Below are positions 8,421 through 17,590 of a stretch of DNA of 20,000 bases, piece after piece. The translations under genes were made by a program, and so were the position numbers. The notes under the pieces are model-generated. The model searched no databases. It was not told the DNA's origin and was given only the letters and a program-made list of their open reading frames with translations. Location of the stretch: sequence record SRR20825010_1231; one strand, given 5' to 3'. Each line of letters opens with the position of its first letter. The first letter of the stretch is position 1.

Positions 8421-9466
8421 CGGTAGCCAGGTTGAAAGATGGAATCACCGTACATCTGGTGAATCGCGTTCGCGACGTGTTGTGCGATCGCCTTGCTACC
8501 GCGAGCGTTGCTGTGGATCCCGTCATCGCTGAGACGAGAGTCTGGCATCCATCGACCAGGCGGAGCGTAGGGACTCATCAGGACAATTTCCCGCAACCAT
8601 GTGTCTGAAACCAATTGGACATCGGTTTCATAAGCGATTTCTCTTTCTAAAGCCCAGAAAGGATCGAACATGAATCCGCGAGGGATCTCCATTAAAACCA
8701 CTTCAGCATTTTGCAGACGGCATTGCTCGATGATTTGCAATAGATTTGCCTTGGTCTGATCGCGACTCTTTCCTTGCAAAAAGTCATGGCCGCCCAGTTC
8801 AACGATCACGAGCTGTGGATCGTGAGAAAAGATCCGCTGCATCTGACCGAGTCCTTGGGATGTTGCGATCCCGGATGTTCCAAGATTGATGACTTCAACC
8901 TCAAGCATTTCGCTTAGCGGATCGGGGAAACCGTGATCCGGTAACATCCCGTCGGTTAGGCTGTCTCCCAGACAAACGATCGAGCGAGACGGGTCAAAGG
9001 TCAATTCGCGACCACAATTTTGAATGACTTGCCATTCGACATAAAACCAAGTCCAAGTCGCGATCAGCGCAAGTGAAGTGCAGAGAGTTGCCCGCCGTGG
9101 CAACGTCATGCTTGTACGCATCCGAATGACGATCAACGCCAACATCAGACCGCTAAGTGTTATGGATGCCGGGGTGCGAGGCAGAAACTTCACGAGCAAG
9201 ATGACGAGTCCCGCTACAAGCGGCAAATAGGCGGGACGCTCACTGTGAACCAGAACGAGATGCCAAACAATCCAGACGGCGACAACGAACGGGAGCACAC
9301 TCGGAAACGCTAATAAAGAAACCGCCAGGATGCTGCCAATACAAAAGACTTTCAAAATGCCAGCAAACGACGACTTCTGTCGCTTGGTCGGTTTCGGTTT
9401 TGTCTCGTCGCTCTGAATCGAGCAATTCACGTCGCTCAAGTTCGCTTCGCCTCCATTTTGTTTCAT
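8417..9466 (-). CDS. Membrane-anchored SGNH/GDSL-family lipase/esterase
   Basis: About 4-5 N-terminal hydrophobic segments, then block I IVCLGDSLT, block II NLGTSG, block III ELGGHD, block V DGIH. Start uncertain (ATG 9466 chosen). Confidence 0.82.
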   Translation of the reverse strand: MKQNGGEANLSDVNCSIQSDETKPKPTKRQKSSFAGILKVFCIGSILAVSLLAFPSVLPFVVAVWIVWHLVLVHSERPAYLPLVAGLVILLVKFLPRTPASITLSGLMLALIVIRMRTSMTLPRRATLCTSLALIATWTWFYVEWQVIQNCGRELTFDPSRSIVCLGDSLTDGMLPDHGFPDPLSEMLEVEVINLGTSGIATSQGLGQMQRIFSHDPQLVIVELGGHDFLQGKSRDQTKANLLQIIEQCRLQNAEVVLMEIPRGFMFDPFWALEREIAYETDVQLVSDTWLREIVLMSPYAPPGRWMPDSRLSDDGIHSNARGSKAIAQHVANAIHQMYGDSIFQPGYR

Positions 9467-9481
9467 CCTGCAGCCTGCTCG

Positions 9482-9487
9482 ATTATA
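9482..9487 (-). promoter_or_regulatory. Candidate sigma70 -10 hexamer (TATAAT) for the SGNH/redoxin genes
   Basis: Perfect TATAAT on the minus strand in the short divergent gap 9467-9558, overlapping TATAAC on the plus strand. No convincing -35. Confidence 0.3.
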
Positions 9488-9558
9488 ACCACATCGATTG
9501 CTGCCCCGTTCATCGATCCTTCCCTCCCATTCATCCCCTGAACCAAAAGGATCAAAGC

Positions 9559-11025
9559 ATGCCACGGCCTGCCTTTTACAGAGCTCTTCTCTCACTATGT
9601 GTCGCCGGTCTTCTATCCAGCAGCGGATTGGTTCTCAATGCCGAGGATTCCGGTCCGGTCTTTCGGGCCGGAGCTGCCACCAGCAACATCACACCGCCAC
9701 TGGGCGAGATGATTGTCGGCGGTTGGAAACCAATCCCAGCCACCAATGTGCATGACGAACTTCACGCTCGCTGCCTGGTGCTGGATGACGGCAACACGAA
9801 GCTTGCTATCGTCCTTTGCGACAATGTCGGCATCCCTGAAGAAGTCTTTGATCTCGCCAAACAGCAAGCCTCTGATGCGACCGGGTTGCCAGTCTCGAAC
9901 ATGCTGTTGGCATCCACGCACACTCATTCGGCAACCACCGCTCGCGGTGGTTTGAAGACAGCCAACGAAACCGAGCTGACAAACTACCAAACCTTTGTTG
10001 CCCATCGAATCTCGGACGGCATCCGTCGTGCGTTGGCAAATCTGGAACCGGCCAAGATTGGTTGGGGCACCGCGGAGGAACCGTCCGAAGTCTTCAACCG
10101 TCGCTGGTTCGTCACTGACGCCAGCCTGTTGGCCAATCCTTTTGGCGGCATCGATCAAGTCCGGATGAACCCACCTCGCGGCAGTGCCAAACTGGATCGA
10201 CCAGCGGGTCCGACCGATCCTGAAATCAGCTTTGTCTCAGTGCAAAGCCCTGACGGCCGCCCGATCGCTTTGCTGGCGAACTATTCCCTGCACTATGTCG
10301 GCGGCGTTCGATCTGGCGAAGTCTCAGCGGATTACTTTGGCTACTTTGGGAAATTCATCGAAGAGAAACTTGATGCAACCGACCAGTCGCCACCGTTTGT
10401 CGGCATCCTATCCAACGGTACCAGTGGCGATGTGAACAACATCAACTTTGCTGACAAATCGCCCCAAAAGCACGAACCCTACGAGAAGATGCAGGAGGTT
10501 GCGAAGAAGGTCGCCAGCCGCGTGTTCGAAGCCCACCAACAGATTGTGTTCCATGACTGGGTGCCACTCGCCGCCGAACACACGACCTTGACGCTGAAGA
10601 CCAGACAGCCGACGCCGGAGATGATTTCCCACTTTGAACAGATCAACCGTGACGACGATGAGAACCCCAGAAGCGGCCATCGCCGTGAAGAGATCTATGC
10701 GGATCGAATCGCGAAAATTTTGGCTGGTCCCAAGGAAGTGGAAATTCAACTGCAGGCATTGCGAATTGGCGATTTGGGAATCGCGGCGATCCCGTTTGAA
10801 ACGTTCACCGAAACGGGACTGGAACTGAAGGATCGCAGTCCCTTCCAAGACACCTTTACGATTGAACTTGCCAACGGCTCCTTTGGGTACCTGCCGACGC
10901 CGCAGCAACATCGCTTGGGCGGCTACGAAACATGGCTGGGGACCAACTACGTTGAGAAGGAAGCGACCACGAAGATCGTTGCCTCCCTGCTTGAGATGTT
11001 CCAAACTCTCCAAGAGGACAACTGA
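9559..11025 (+). CDS. Secreted neutral/alkaline ceramidase-like metallo-amidohydrolase
   Basis: Signal peptide (..LVLNA-EDS), AGAATSNITP, HDELHARCLVLDDG, ASTHTHSA, GPTDPE, NYSLHY, SADYFG, GTSGDVN, IPFETFTETG, LANGSFGYLP. Confidence 0.78.
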   Translation: MPRPAFYRALLSLCVAGLLSSSGLVLNAEDSGPVFRAGAATSNITPPLGEMIVGGWKPIPATNVHDELHARCLVLDDGNTKLAIVLCDNVGIPEEVFDLAKQQASDATGLPVSNMLLASTHTHSATTARGGLKTANETELTNYQTFVAHRISDGIRRALANLEPAKIGWGTAEEPSEVFNRRWFVTDASLLANPFGGIDQVRMNPPRGSAKLDRPAGPTDPEISFVSVQSPDGRPIALLANYSLHYVGGVRSGEVSADYFGYFGKFIEEKLDATDQSPPFVGILSNGTSGDVNNINFADKSPQKHEPYEKMQEVAKKVASRVFEAHQQIVFHDWVPLAAEHTTLTLKTRQPTPEMISHFEQINRDDDENPRSGHRREEIYADRIAKILAGPKEVEIQLQALRIGDLGIAAIPFETFTETGLELKDRSPFQDTFTIELANGSFGYLPTPQQHRLGGYETWLGTNYVEKEATTKIVASLLEMFQTLQEDN

Positions 11026-12503
11026 TGCGTTGGCTTGTTGGTTGGATCATGGCGACGCTCACGATGTTACCGTTGCTCGGCACTGCAACGGCAGCCGAAA
11101 CGAGCCAACCGAATTTCATCATCGTCTACTGTGACAACCTTGGTTACGGCGACATTGAACCTTTCGGGTCGACGCTGCATCGCACCCCCAACCTGAATCG
11201 CATGGCAAGGGAAGGGCGAACGTTCACCCATTTCTGCGTCACCGCCGGTGTCTGCACCCCATCACGTGCCAGCATCATGACTGGATGCTTTGCGCAACGG
11301 GTCGGCATGCACTTGAACGATCGAGACGGTGCGGTTCTGCGACCTGTCTCTCCCTATGGTTTGCATCCAGACGAGATCACGATCGCGGAAGAACTCAAGC
11401 AACAGAACTACGCCACCGCACTGGTTGGAAAATGGCACCTGGGTGACCAACCAGAGTTCCTGCCAACTCGCCAAGGGTTTGATTGGTTCTTCGGCGTTCC
11501 ATATTCCGACGACATGACCGAGCGAATTTGGAAACAAGACGGATCGCACTGGCCGCCGTTGCCCTTGATGGAAAACGAAACGGTCATCGAAGCCCCCTGC
11601 AATCGAGACGGGCTAACCAAGCGGTACACCGAACGGGCGATGCAGTGGATCGCCGAACACAAGGACGAACCGTTCTTCTTGTACTTCCCACAAGCCATGC
11701 CCGGCAGCACCAAGACGCCGTTTTCCAGTGACGCGTTCCGCGGTAAGAGTCGCAACGGGCCATGGGGTGATGCGGTCGAAGAACTGGACTGGTCGATCGG
11801 CCAGATGTTGGACCAACTCGTCAAACTGGGCATCGCGGAAAAGACGTTTGTGATTTGGACCTCCGACAACGGCGCCCCCATCAACCGCGATCCAGATGAC
11901 TTGAGCCGAGGTTCCAACCTGCCACTTCACGGTCGCGGGTACACGACCAGCGAAGGTGCCTTTCGTGTGCCCACGATCGCCTGGCAACCTGGAAGAGTCC
12001 CCGCGGGAACTCAATGCGACGAACTGGCAACCACGATGGATTTGCTGCCCACGTTTGCGAATTTGGCCGGTTGCAAACTGCCGACGGATCGCAAACTTGA
12101 TGGTCACGACATCGCACCACTGTTGTTTGGTCTCCCCAACGCCAAGACGCCGTACGAGGCGTTTTACTACTACCATCAAGATCAACTGCAAGCCGTCCGC
12201 TCCGGTCCCTGGAAAATGTTCCTGCCGGTCGATGCGTCACCCGGACATCCCCACTTCAACGCGACGCAGGAACCCACGACGCTTTTATTCAACGTGGTTG
12301 ATGACATCGCGTGCCAGCACAACGTTGCCGACACACATCCCGAGTTGATCGTCCGACTGACTGTCTTGGCAGACCAGGCACGCAATGACCTAGGGGACAA
12401 AGACCAACTCGGAAACGGCCAACGCCCAATCGGAAAATCCGTGCGTGTTTCGTCTCAACGTTTGGAAACGCCACCGAGCGAATCAAGCCAACCGGACTCG
12501 TGA
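11025..12503 (+). CDS. Secreted S1 (formylglycine-dependent) sulfatase-family protein with an atypical active site
   Basis: Signal peptide (ATA-AE), PNFIIVYCDNLGYGD, CTPSRASIMTG, GKWHLG, TSDNG, EGAFRVP. TGATG overlap with the upstream gene. Confidence 0.92.
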   Translation: MRWLVGWIMATLTMLPLLGTATAAETSQPNFIIVYCDNLGYGDIEPFGSTLHRTPNLNRMAREGRTFTHFCVTAGVCTPSRASIMTGCFAQRVGMHLNDRDGAVLRPVSPYGLHPDEITIAEELKQQNYATALVGKWHLGDQPEFLPTRQGFDWFFGVPYSDDMTERIWKQDGSHWPPLPLMENETVIEAPCNRDGLTKRYTERAMQWIAEHKDEPFFLYFPQAMPGSTKTPFSSDAFRGKSRNGPWGDAVEELDWSIGQMLDQLVKLGIAEKTFVIWTSDNGAPINRDPDDLSRGSNLPLHGRGYTTSEGAFRVPTIAWQPGRVPAGTQCDELATTMDLLPTFANLAGCKLPTDRKLDGHDIAPLLFGLPNAKTPYEAFYYYHQDQLQAVRSGPWKMFLPVDASPGHPHFNATQEPTTLLFNVVDDIACQHNVADTHPELIVRLTVLADQARNDLGDKDQLGNGQRPIGKSVRVSSQRLETPPSESSQPDS

Positions 12504-12528
12504 TCTCGAACGACCGGGTTCCATCTCG

Positions 12529-12606
12529 TGAGCCGTTTGGGCGTTCGCCCCGGTTGTGCGTGGAAACCGTGGCTCGTGGAAACCGTGGCTAGCACCAAAC
12601 AGCTCA
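12529..12606. repeat. REP-like imperfect palindrome containing a perfect 16-bp tandem duplication
   Basis: TGAGCCGTTTGG (12529-12540) vs CCAAACAGCTCA (12595-12606), 11/12 complementary. CGTGGAAACCGTGGCT occurs at 12559-12574 and 12575-12590. Confidence 0.7.
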
Positions 12607-12655
12607 GATCCCCCATGACACCTGCGTACCTGTTTGACTTCCTCAAGGATCCAAC

Positions 12656-14110
12656 ATGTCTCTCCTCCATTTCGGTTCCCGTGTCTTTCCGCTCACCGTT
12701 TGGATGCTTGCCGCTCTCTGCTTCCATGCCTGCGTTCCAAAACTACTGAGAGCCGATTCGAACGACCGACCAAACATTGTGCTGATTCTTGCCGACGACC
12801 TCGGCTATGGAGACCTGGGTTGCTACGGCAATGACGAGCAAGCAACGCCGGTCTTGGATCGGCTGGCCACTCAAGGTGTCCGCTGGACGCAAGCCTATGC
12901 CAACGGTCCAGAATGCTCGCCCACTCGAGCAGCACTTTTGACGGGTCGCTATCAACAACACGTGGGCGGCTTGGAATGTGCGATTGGAGTTGGCAACGTC
13001 GGTCGCTACGACGATGCGATTCGATTGCACTTGGTCAACGAACTGGGATTGCCCGCCGATCGGCCGACGTTGGCGAAGCGACTGTCCTCCGTCGGCTATG
13101 AGACCGCATTGTTCGGTAAGTGGCATCTCGGGTACGAAGCCAAGTTCTCACCAATGATGCACGGGTTCGATGAGGCGTTGTACTGCATCGGCGGTGCAAT
13201 GGATTATTACCACTACCTCGACTCCGTCGCCACATACAACCTGTTCCACAACGGTCGACCGATCAGCGGCGAAGGTTACTTCACCGACACGATCACAGAC
13301 CATGCAGTGCGATATATCGGCGACCGAAACGCCAACGACAAACCGTTCTTTCTGTACTTGCCTTACACCGCACCGCACACTCCTTACCAGGCGCCCGGCG
13401 AGTCTCCCGTCGATCCACTGCCGCTTGATTCACCGCTTTGGAAACAGAACGCCGATCCGCCGGGTGTTTACCGAGCCATGGTGCATCACATGGACGAAGG
13501 CATTGGAAAGGTACTTCATGCAATCGAGGAATCGGAAATGACCGATCGCACACTGGTGATTTTCGCCAGTGACAATGGCGGCACTTCCGCGAGTCGCAAC
13601 GAACCACTGCGAGGATTCAAAGGCCAGGCGTTTGAGGGAGGAATCCGTGTTCCTTTGATCGCTCGTTGGCCTGGACATTTGCCCGAGGGCGTGGTCAGCG
13701 ACCAAGTCACGATCACATTCGATCTGACCGCGTCGATGTTGGCCGCCGCTGGGATCACGCCCACTCAAGAGGACGCGATGGAGGGAATTGATGTGCTTTC
13801 ACTCGCCGCGACCGATGAACCGGTTCAACCTCGCACGCTGTATTGGCGAAAGCCTCGCGACCCTCAAGTCTGGAGCGGCATGCGTGACGGGAACTGGAAA
13901 TATGTCCGTAAAGAAAAAGCCACCGTTGACGGTCGAACCTCCATCCAAGAGTGGTTATTCAACCTGGCCGACGACATCAGCGAACAAACCGACTTAGCCT
14001 CTCAATCCACCGACGAATTGGACCGTCTGAGAGGCAGATACCTGGCCTGGGAACAATCGGTGAGAAACAACCGCCGAGGCAGACCAGGATGGGCGCCGTC
14101 AAAAGAGTGA
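12656..14110 (+). CDS. Secreted S1 sulfatase (arylsulfatase-like), canonical motifs
   Basis: Signal-like N-terminus, PNIVLILADDLGYGD, CSPTRAALLTG, GKWHLG, YTAPH, ASDNGG, GFKGQAFEGGIRVP. Confidence 0.94.
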   Translation: MSLLHFGSRVFPLTVWMLAALCFHACVPKLLRADSNDRPNIVLILADDLGYGDLGCYGNDEQATPVLDRLATQGVRWTQAYANGPECSPTRAALLTGRYQQHVGGLECAIGVGNVGRYDDAIRLHLVNELGLPADRPTLAKRLSSVGYETALFGKWHLGYEAKFSPMMHGFDEALYCIGGAMDYYHYLDSVATYNLFHNGRPISGEGYFTDTITDHAVRYIGDRNANDKPFFLYLPYTAPHTPYQAPGESPVDPLPLDSPLWKQNADPPGVYRAMVHHMDEGIGKVLHAIEESEMTDRTLVIFASDNGGTSASRNEPLRGFKGQAFEGGIRVPLIARWPGHLPEGVVSDQVTITFDLTASMLAAAGITPTQEDAMEGIDVLSLAATDEPVQPRTLYWRKPRDPQVWSGMRDGNWKYVRKEKATVDGRTSIQEWLFNLADDISEQTDLASQSTDELDRLRGRYLAWEQSVRNNRRGRPGWAPSKE

Positions 14111-14420
14111 AGCCTCTCCTCACCAGTGGCATGATTGATGATTGAGATCGTTTCGTAGATTGAGCGATCAGTCGATGGGCGATAACCCACGTTTTCGCGA
14201 GACGAACCGGACGCTATCGCGTTTCCGCTGACGAAATCAACGAGCTGCTATGCCACAAACGGCGAACAAAACCTCCACGATTCGGGCAACCCTACCGATT
14301 GCGAAGAATTTCCCGGCCGTCCCGGCGAATCGTTTCCTCTCACGTGAGAACCAATCAATCTGCCTGTTCACCGAACGATGATCCTGGTGCGATGCAGGCC
14401 TCGCGCGGTAAGTTGGGGCC

Positions 14421-16538
14421 ATGAACACGCCTACCGCCACGACCGCCCAGCCACCTCGCATCATCCGCCAATTGCCGGCCCACTTGGTCAATCAAATCGC
14501 CGCTGGCGAGGTGATTGAACGGCCCGCCTCGGTGGTCAAAGAATTGCTCGAAAACAGCATCGATGCCGGTTCGACTCGGATTGAATTGAGCCTCGAAGGG
14601 GGCGGCGTGGAGCTGATCCGGATCAGCGACGATGGTTGCGGAATGACGGCCGAGCAATTGCCACTGGCCGTGACCAGCCACGCGACCAGCAAACTGCCCG
14701 ACGACGAATCCCTGTTCCACGTCGGCACCCTCGGTTTTCGCGGCGAAGCTTTGGCGTCGATCGCCAGCGTTTCTCAAATGACCATCCGCAGCCGCGCCGA
14801 AGGCCAAGACGGCGGGTGCCAAATCGACATTCGCGGCGGAGTGATCGAAACACCTGGTCCGTGCGGATGCCCGGTCGGCACGGTGATCGAAGTCCGAAAC
14901 TTGTTTTTCAACACGCCCGTTCGCCGCAAGTTTTTGAAGACCCCGCAAACCGAACGCGGGCACATTGTCGAAGCCTTCACTCGATTGGCCCTGGCCAACC
15001 CGAAGGTTCACTTTGTCCTGCGCAACGGCGACAAGGAGATGTTCGATCTCTTGCCGACGACGCGTTGGGCTGACCGGATCGAATCGTTCTTCGGGACCGA
15101 AATCTCAGAAGCATTGATCCCCATTGAGAACCAAGACGAGACGGTTCAAATTTCCGGTTACGCCTGCGACCCATCGGTCAGCCGAGGCAACAACCGAATG
15201 CAGTACCTGTTTCTCAACGGTCGGCACATCCGAGACCGAGCCCTGCAACATGCGTTGGGGGAAGCTTACCGAGGCATGTTGATGGTCGGCCGCCATCCGG
15301 TTTGCTTCCTGCGAATGCGGATGCCGGCGGACATGATCGATGTCAACGTGCACCCCGCGAAATTGGAGGTTCGCTTCACCGACAGCGGACGCGTGTACAG
15401 CCGATTGCTGCAAACGCTTCGCCAGCGTTTTCTTTCCACCGACATGACTCATCGTGTGGGTTCCAACCCTGTCCCCGCACCGATGAGCGAAGAGGAACAA
15501 CGCCAGACCGTTCCCGAATCGGTCATGGGCATGCGTCCCAACGAAGTCGACCAACAGCGTCAGTCCGTGATCGAATGGGCCCGAACCGGCGGGCCTCCAT
15601 CGGGACCATCTGCAACCTCCAATTCCCAAATGCTGGGTGGAGCAAGCGGCACGCCGGACTTTCGACCATTCGGCGAATCCAATTCCATCGGCCATGGTTC
15701 GCACGCCTCCACAGGCATGACAGCCCCATCGGCGCCGCTCGCTTCGCCGAACACTTGGTCACCGGGATCCGCTTCCGGAATCGATTCGCAACGGCCATCG
15801 ACAGCCGCCGAAGGCATTGAGATGACACCGTGGGACGGTGACAACGCAGGTGAGTCAAACGCGAATGATTCGGGAACAACTATTTCACCGCACGATGCAT
15901 CTCAGGCCGCCGGAGTTCCCACACCCAGCGTGAGTCACCTTGGATTTCAGGTGCATCAGCGTTATCTCGTCACGCAAGACGAGAAAGGCATGGTTGTGAT
16001 CGACCAACACGCTCTTCACGAAAGGGTGTTGTACGAACGAGTCTGCCAAAAAGTGCTTCACGAAGACGCTTCCTTGGAAGCCCAACAGTTGTTGGTTCCC
16101 GAACCTGTTTCACTGACTCCGGCCGAGCGTGCTACGGCTTTGGAAGTGAAGGACACGCTCAGCCGAATCGGATTGGAGATCGAGGACTTTGGCGGCGAAA
16201 CGATTTTGATTCAGTCCTACCCAGCGATGCTGCCCAACAAACCGCCTGCGGACATGCTGCGAACGGTTTTGGAATCCGTGATGGGAGCCGGCCGTGATCC
16301 CAACCCGAAGGATCTTCTGAATCACCTGCTCAGCACCGTTGCTTGCAAAGCTGCCGTGAAAGCGGGCGATCCGCTGTCGCCGGAAGAGATCACCAGTCTG
16401 CTGGAACAAAAAGACCTCTACCAAGAAACGCATCACTGCCCACACGGTCGGCCAACGGCGTTGTTCTTCAGCCGCGATGAGCTCGACCGGATGTTTGGGC
16501 GACTTGGACCGCGCGGCCGAGCTTCGGTGTCGCCATGA
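14421..16538 (+). CDS. mutL: DNA mismatch repair endonuclease MutL
   Basis: [51 protein letters not shown]-terminal [21 protein letters not shown]. Confidence 0.99.
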   Translation: MNTPTATTAQPPRIIRQLPAHLVNQIAAGEVIERPASVVKELLENSIDAGSTRIELSLEGGGVELIRISDDGCGMTAEQLPLAVTSHATSKLPDDESLFHVGTLGFRGEALASIASVSQMTIRSRAEGQDGGCQIDIRGGVIETPGPCGCPVGTVIEVRNLFFNTPVRRKFLKTPQTERGHIVEAFTRLALANPKVHFVLRNGDKEMFDLLPTTRWADRIESFFGTEISEALIPIENQDETVQISGYACDPSVSRGNNRMQYLFLNGRHIRDRALQHALGEAYRGMLMVGRHPVCFLRMRMPADMIDVNVHPAKLEVRFTDSGRVYSRLLQTLRQRFLSTDMTHRVGSNPVPAPMSEEEQRQTVPESVMGMRPNEVDQQRQSVIEWARTGGPPSGPSATSNSQMLGGASGTPDFRPFGESNSIGHGSHASTGMTAPSAPLASPNTWSPGSASGIDSQRPSTAAEGIEMTPWDGDNAGESNANDSGTTISPHDASQAAGVPTPSVSHLGFQVHQRYLVTQDEKGMVVIDQHALHERVLYERVCQKVLHEDASLEAQQLLVPEPVSLTPAERATALEVKDTLSRIGLEIEDFGGETILIQSYPAMLPNKPPADMLRTVLESVMGAGRDPNPKDLLNHLLSTVACKAAVKAGDPLSPEEITSLLEQKDLYQETHHCPHGRPTALFFSRDELDRMFGRLGPRGRASVSP

Positions 16539-17590
16539 CGGACGCGAATCAGACGCGTCCCAAGCTGGCGATCACGATGGGGGACGCCGCTGGCATCGGC
16601 CCCGAAATCTCGCTCAGAGTATGGGACTCACCGGAAGTCCAATCGCAGGGCTACCCGCTGCTGTTTGGCGACGCGGCGATCTACCACCGAGCCGCGAAAA
16701 AGCTGGGCTGTGATTGCCCCGGCACGATCTCGCTGGCCGAGTTTCTGGACATCCCAAAGCAATCGATACCAAGCGATGCACCACACGGGGTGATTGTCGA
16801 TTGTGGGAAACTCACCGCGGAGGAACTCGGCTCCTTCACCCCAGGAAAATTCAATGCCGCCACCGGGCGAGCCTCCTATCAATCCGTCACCGACGCGATT
16901 GACGCGGCGGTGTCGGGCCATGTCGACGCCATCGTAACGGGGCCCATCCAAAAGGAAGCCTGGCATCAAGCCGGGATCGACTTCCCTGGTCACACCGAAT
17001 TGTTGGCCGATCGAGCGGGCAGGGCAGTGCAGGGCGAACCAGCGGATGTTCGCATGATGTTGGCCAGCGACACGATTGCCTGCGTCCTTGAAACGATCCA
17101 CATTCCGCTGGCCGATGTGGCGTCGCAGCTCAATACCGAATCGCTCGTTCGCACGATCAACCTGGCCGGCGGAACAGTGCAACGTCGCAACCAAAACCGC
17201 GGCAGTTTGCTGCCACCTCGCATCGCTGTTTGTGGCCTGAATCCGCATGCCGGTGAAAACGGTCTGTTCAGCCACCAAGAAGAAGAACAAATCATCCTGC
17301 CCGCGATTGAGACGGCGAGGCAATCGGGATGGACGATCGAAGGACCGCTGTCACCCGACACCGCCTTCACGCCCGCCATGCGAGAGCGAATCGACATCTA
17401 CGTTTGCATGTATCACGACCAGGGATTGATCCCGCTGAAAGCGTTGTCGTTTGATGACGCGGTCAACGTCACGCTGGGACTGCCGATCATTCGGACCAGC
17501 GTCGACCACGGGACGGCCATGGACTTGGCTTGGCAAGGCAAAGCCAGCATCAATAGTATGTTGGCGGCGATTCGGTGGGCGGTGCCGTGA
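16535..17590 (+). CDS. pdxA: 4-hydroxythreonine-4-phosphate dehydrogenase (PdxA family)
   Basis: [72 protein letters not shown] overlap with mutL. PdxA vs PdxA2 cannot be resolved here. Confidence 0.93.
   Translation: MTDANQTRPKLAITMGDAAGIGPEISLRVWDSPEVQSQGYPLLFGDAAIYHRAAKKLGCDCPGTISLAEFLDIPKQSIPSDAPHGVIVDCGKLTAEELGSFTPGKFNAATGRASYQSVTDAIDAAVSGHVDAIVTGPIQKEAWHQAGIDFPGHTELLADRAGRAVQGEPADVRMMLASDTIACVLETIHIPLADVASQLNTESLVRTINLAGGTVQRRNQNRGSLLPPRIAVCGLNPHAGENGLFSHQEEEQIILPAIETARQSGWTIEGPLSPDTAFTPAMRERIDIYVCMYHDQGLIPLKALSFDDAVNVTLGLPIIRTSVDHGTAMDLAWQGKASINSMLAAIRWAVP

Noticed and set aside
12559..12590. 16-bp direct repeat as a possible CRISPR array
   Set aside because: Only two abutting copies, no spacers, no cas genes.
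12528..12749. 73-aa ORF in the inter-sulfatase gap
   Set aside because: Reads through the palindromic repeat and overlaps sulfatase 2 out of frame.
7657..14420. Accessory block as a mobile element or genomic island
   Set aside because: No integrase, transposase, att-like repeat or obvious compositional shift by eye. The gene families are typical expanded chromosomal families.
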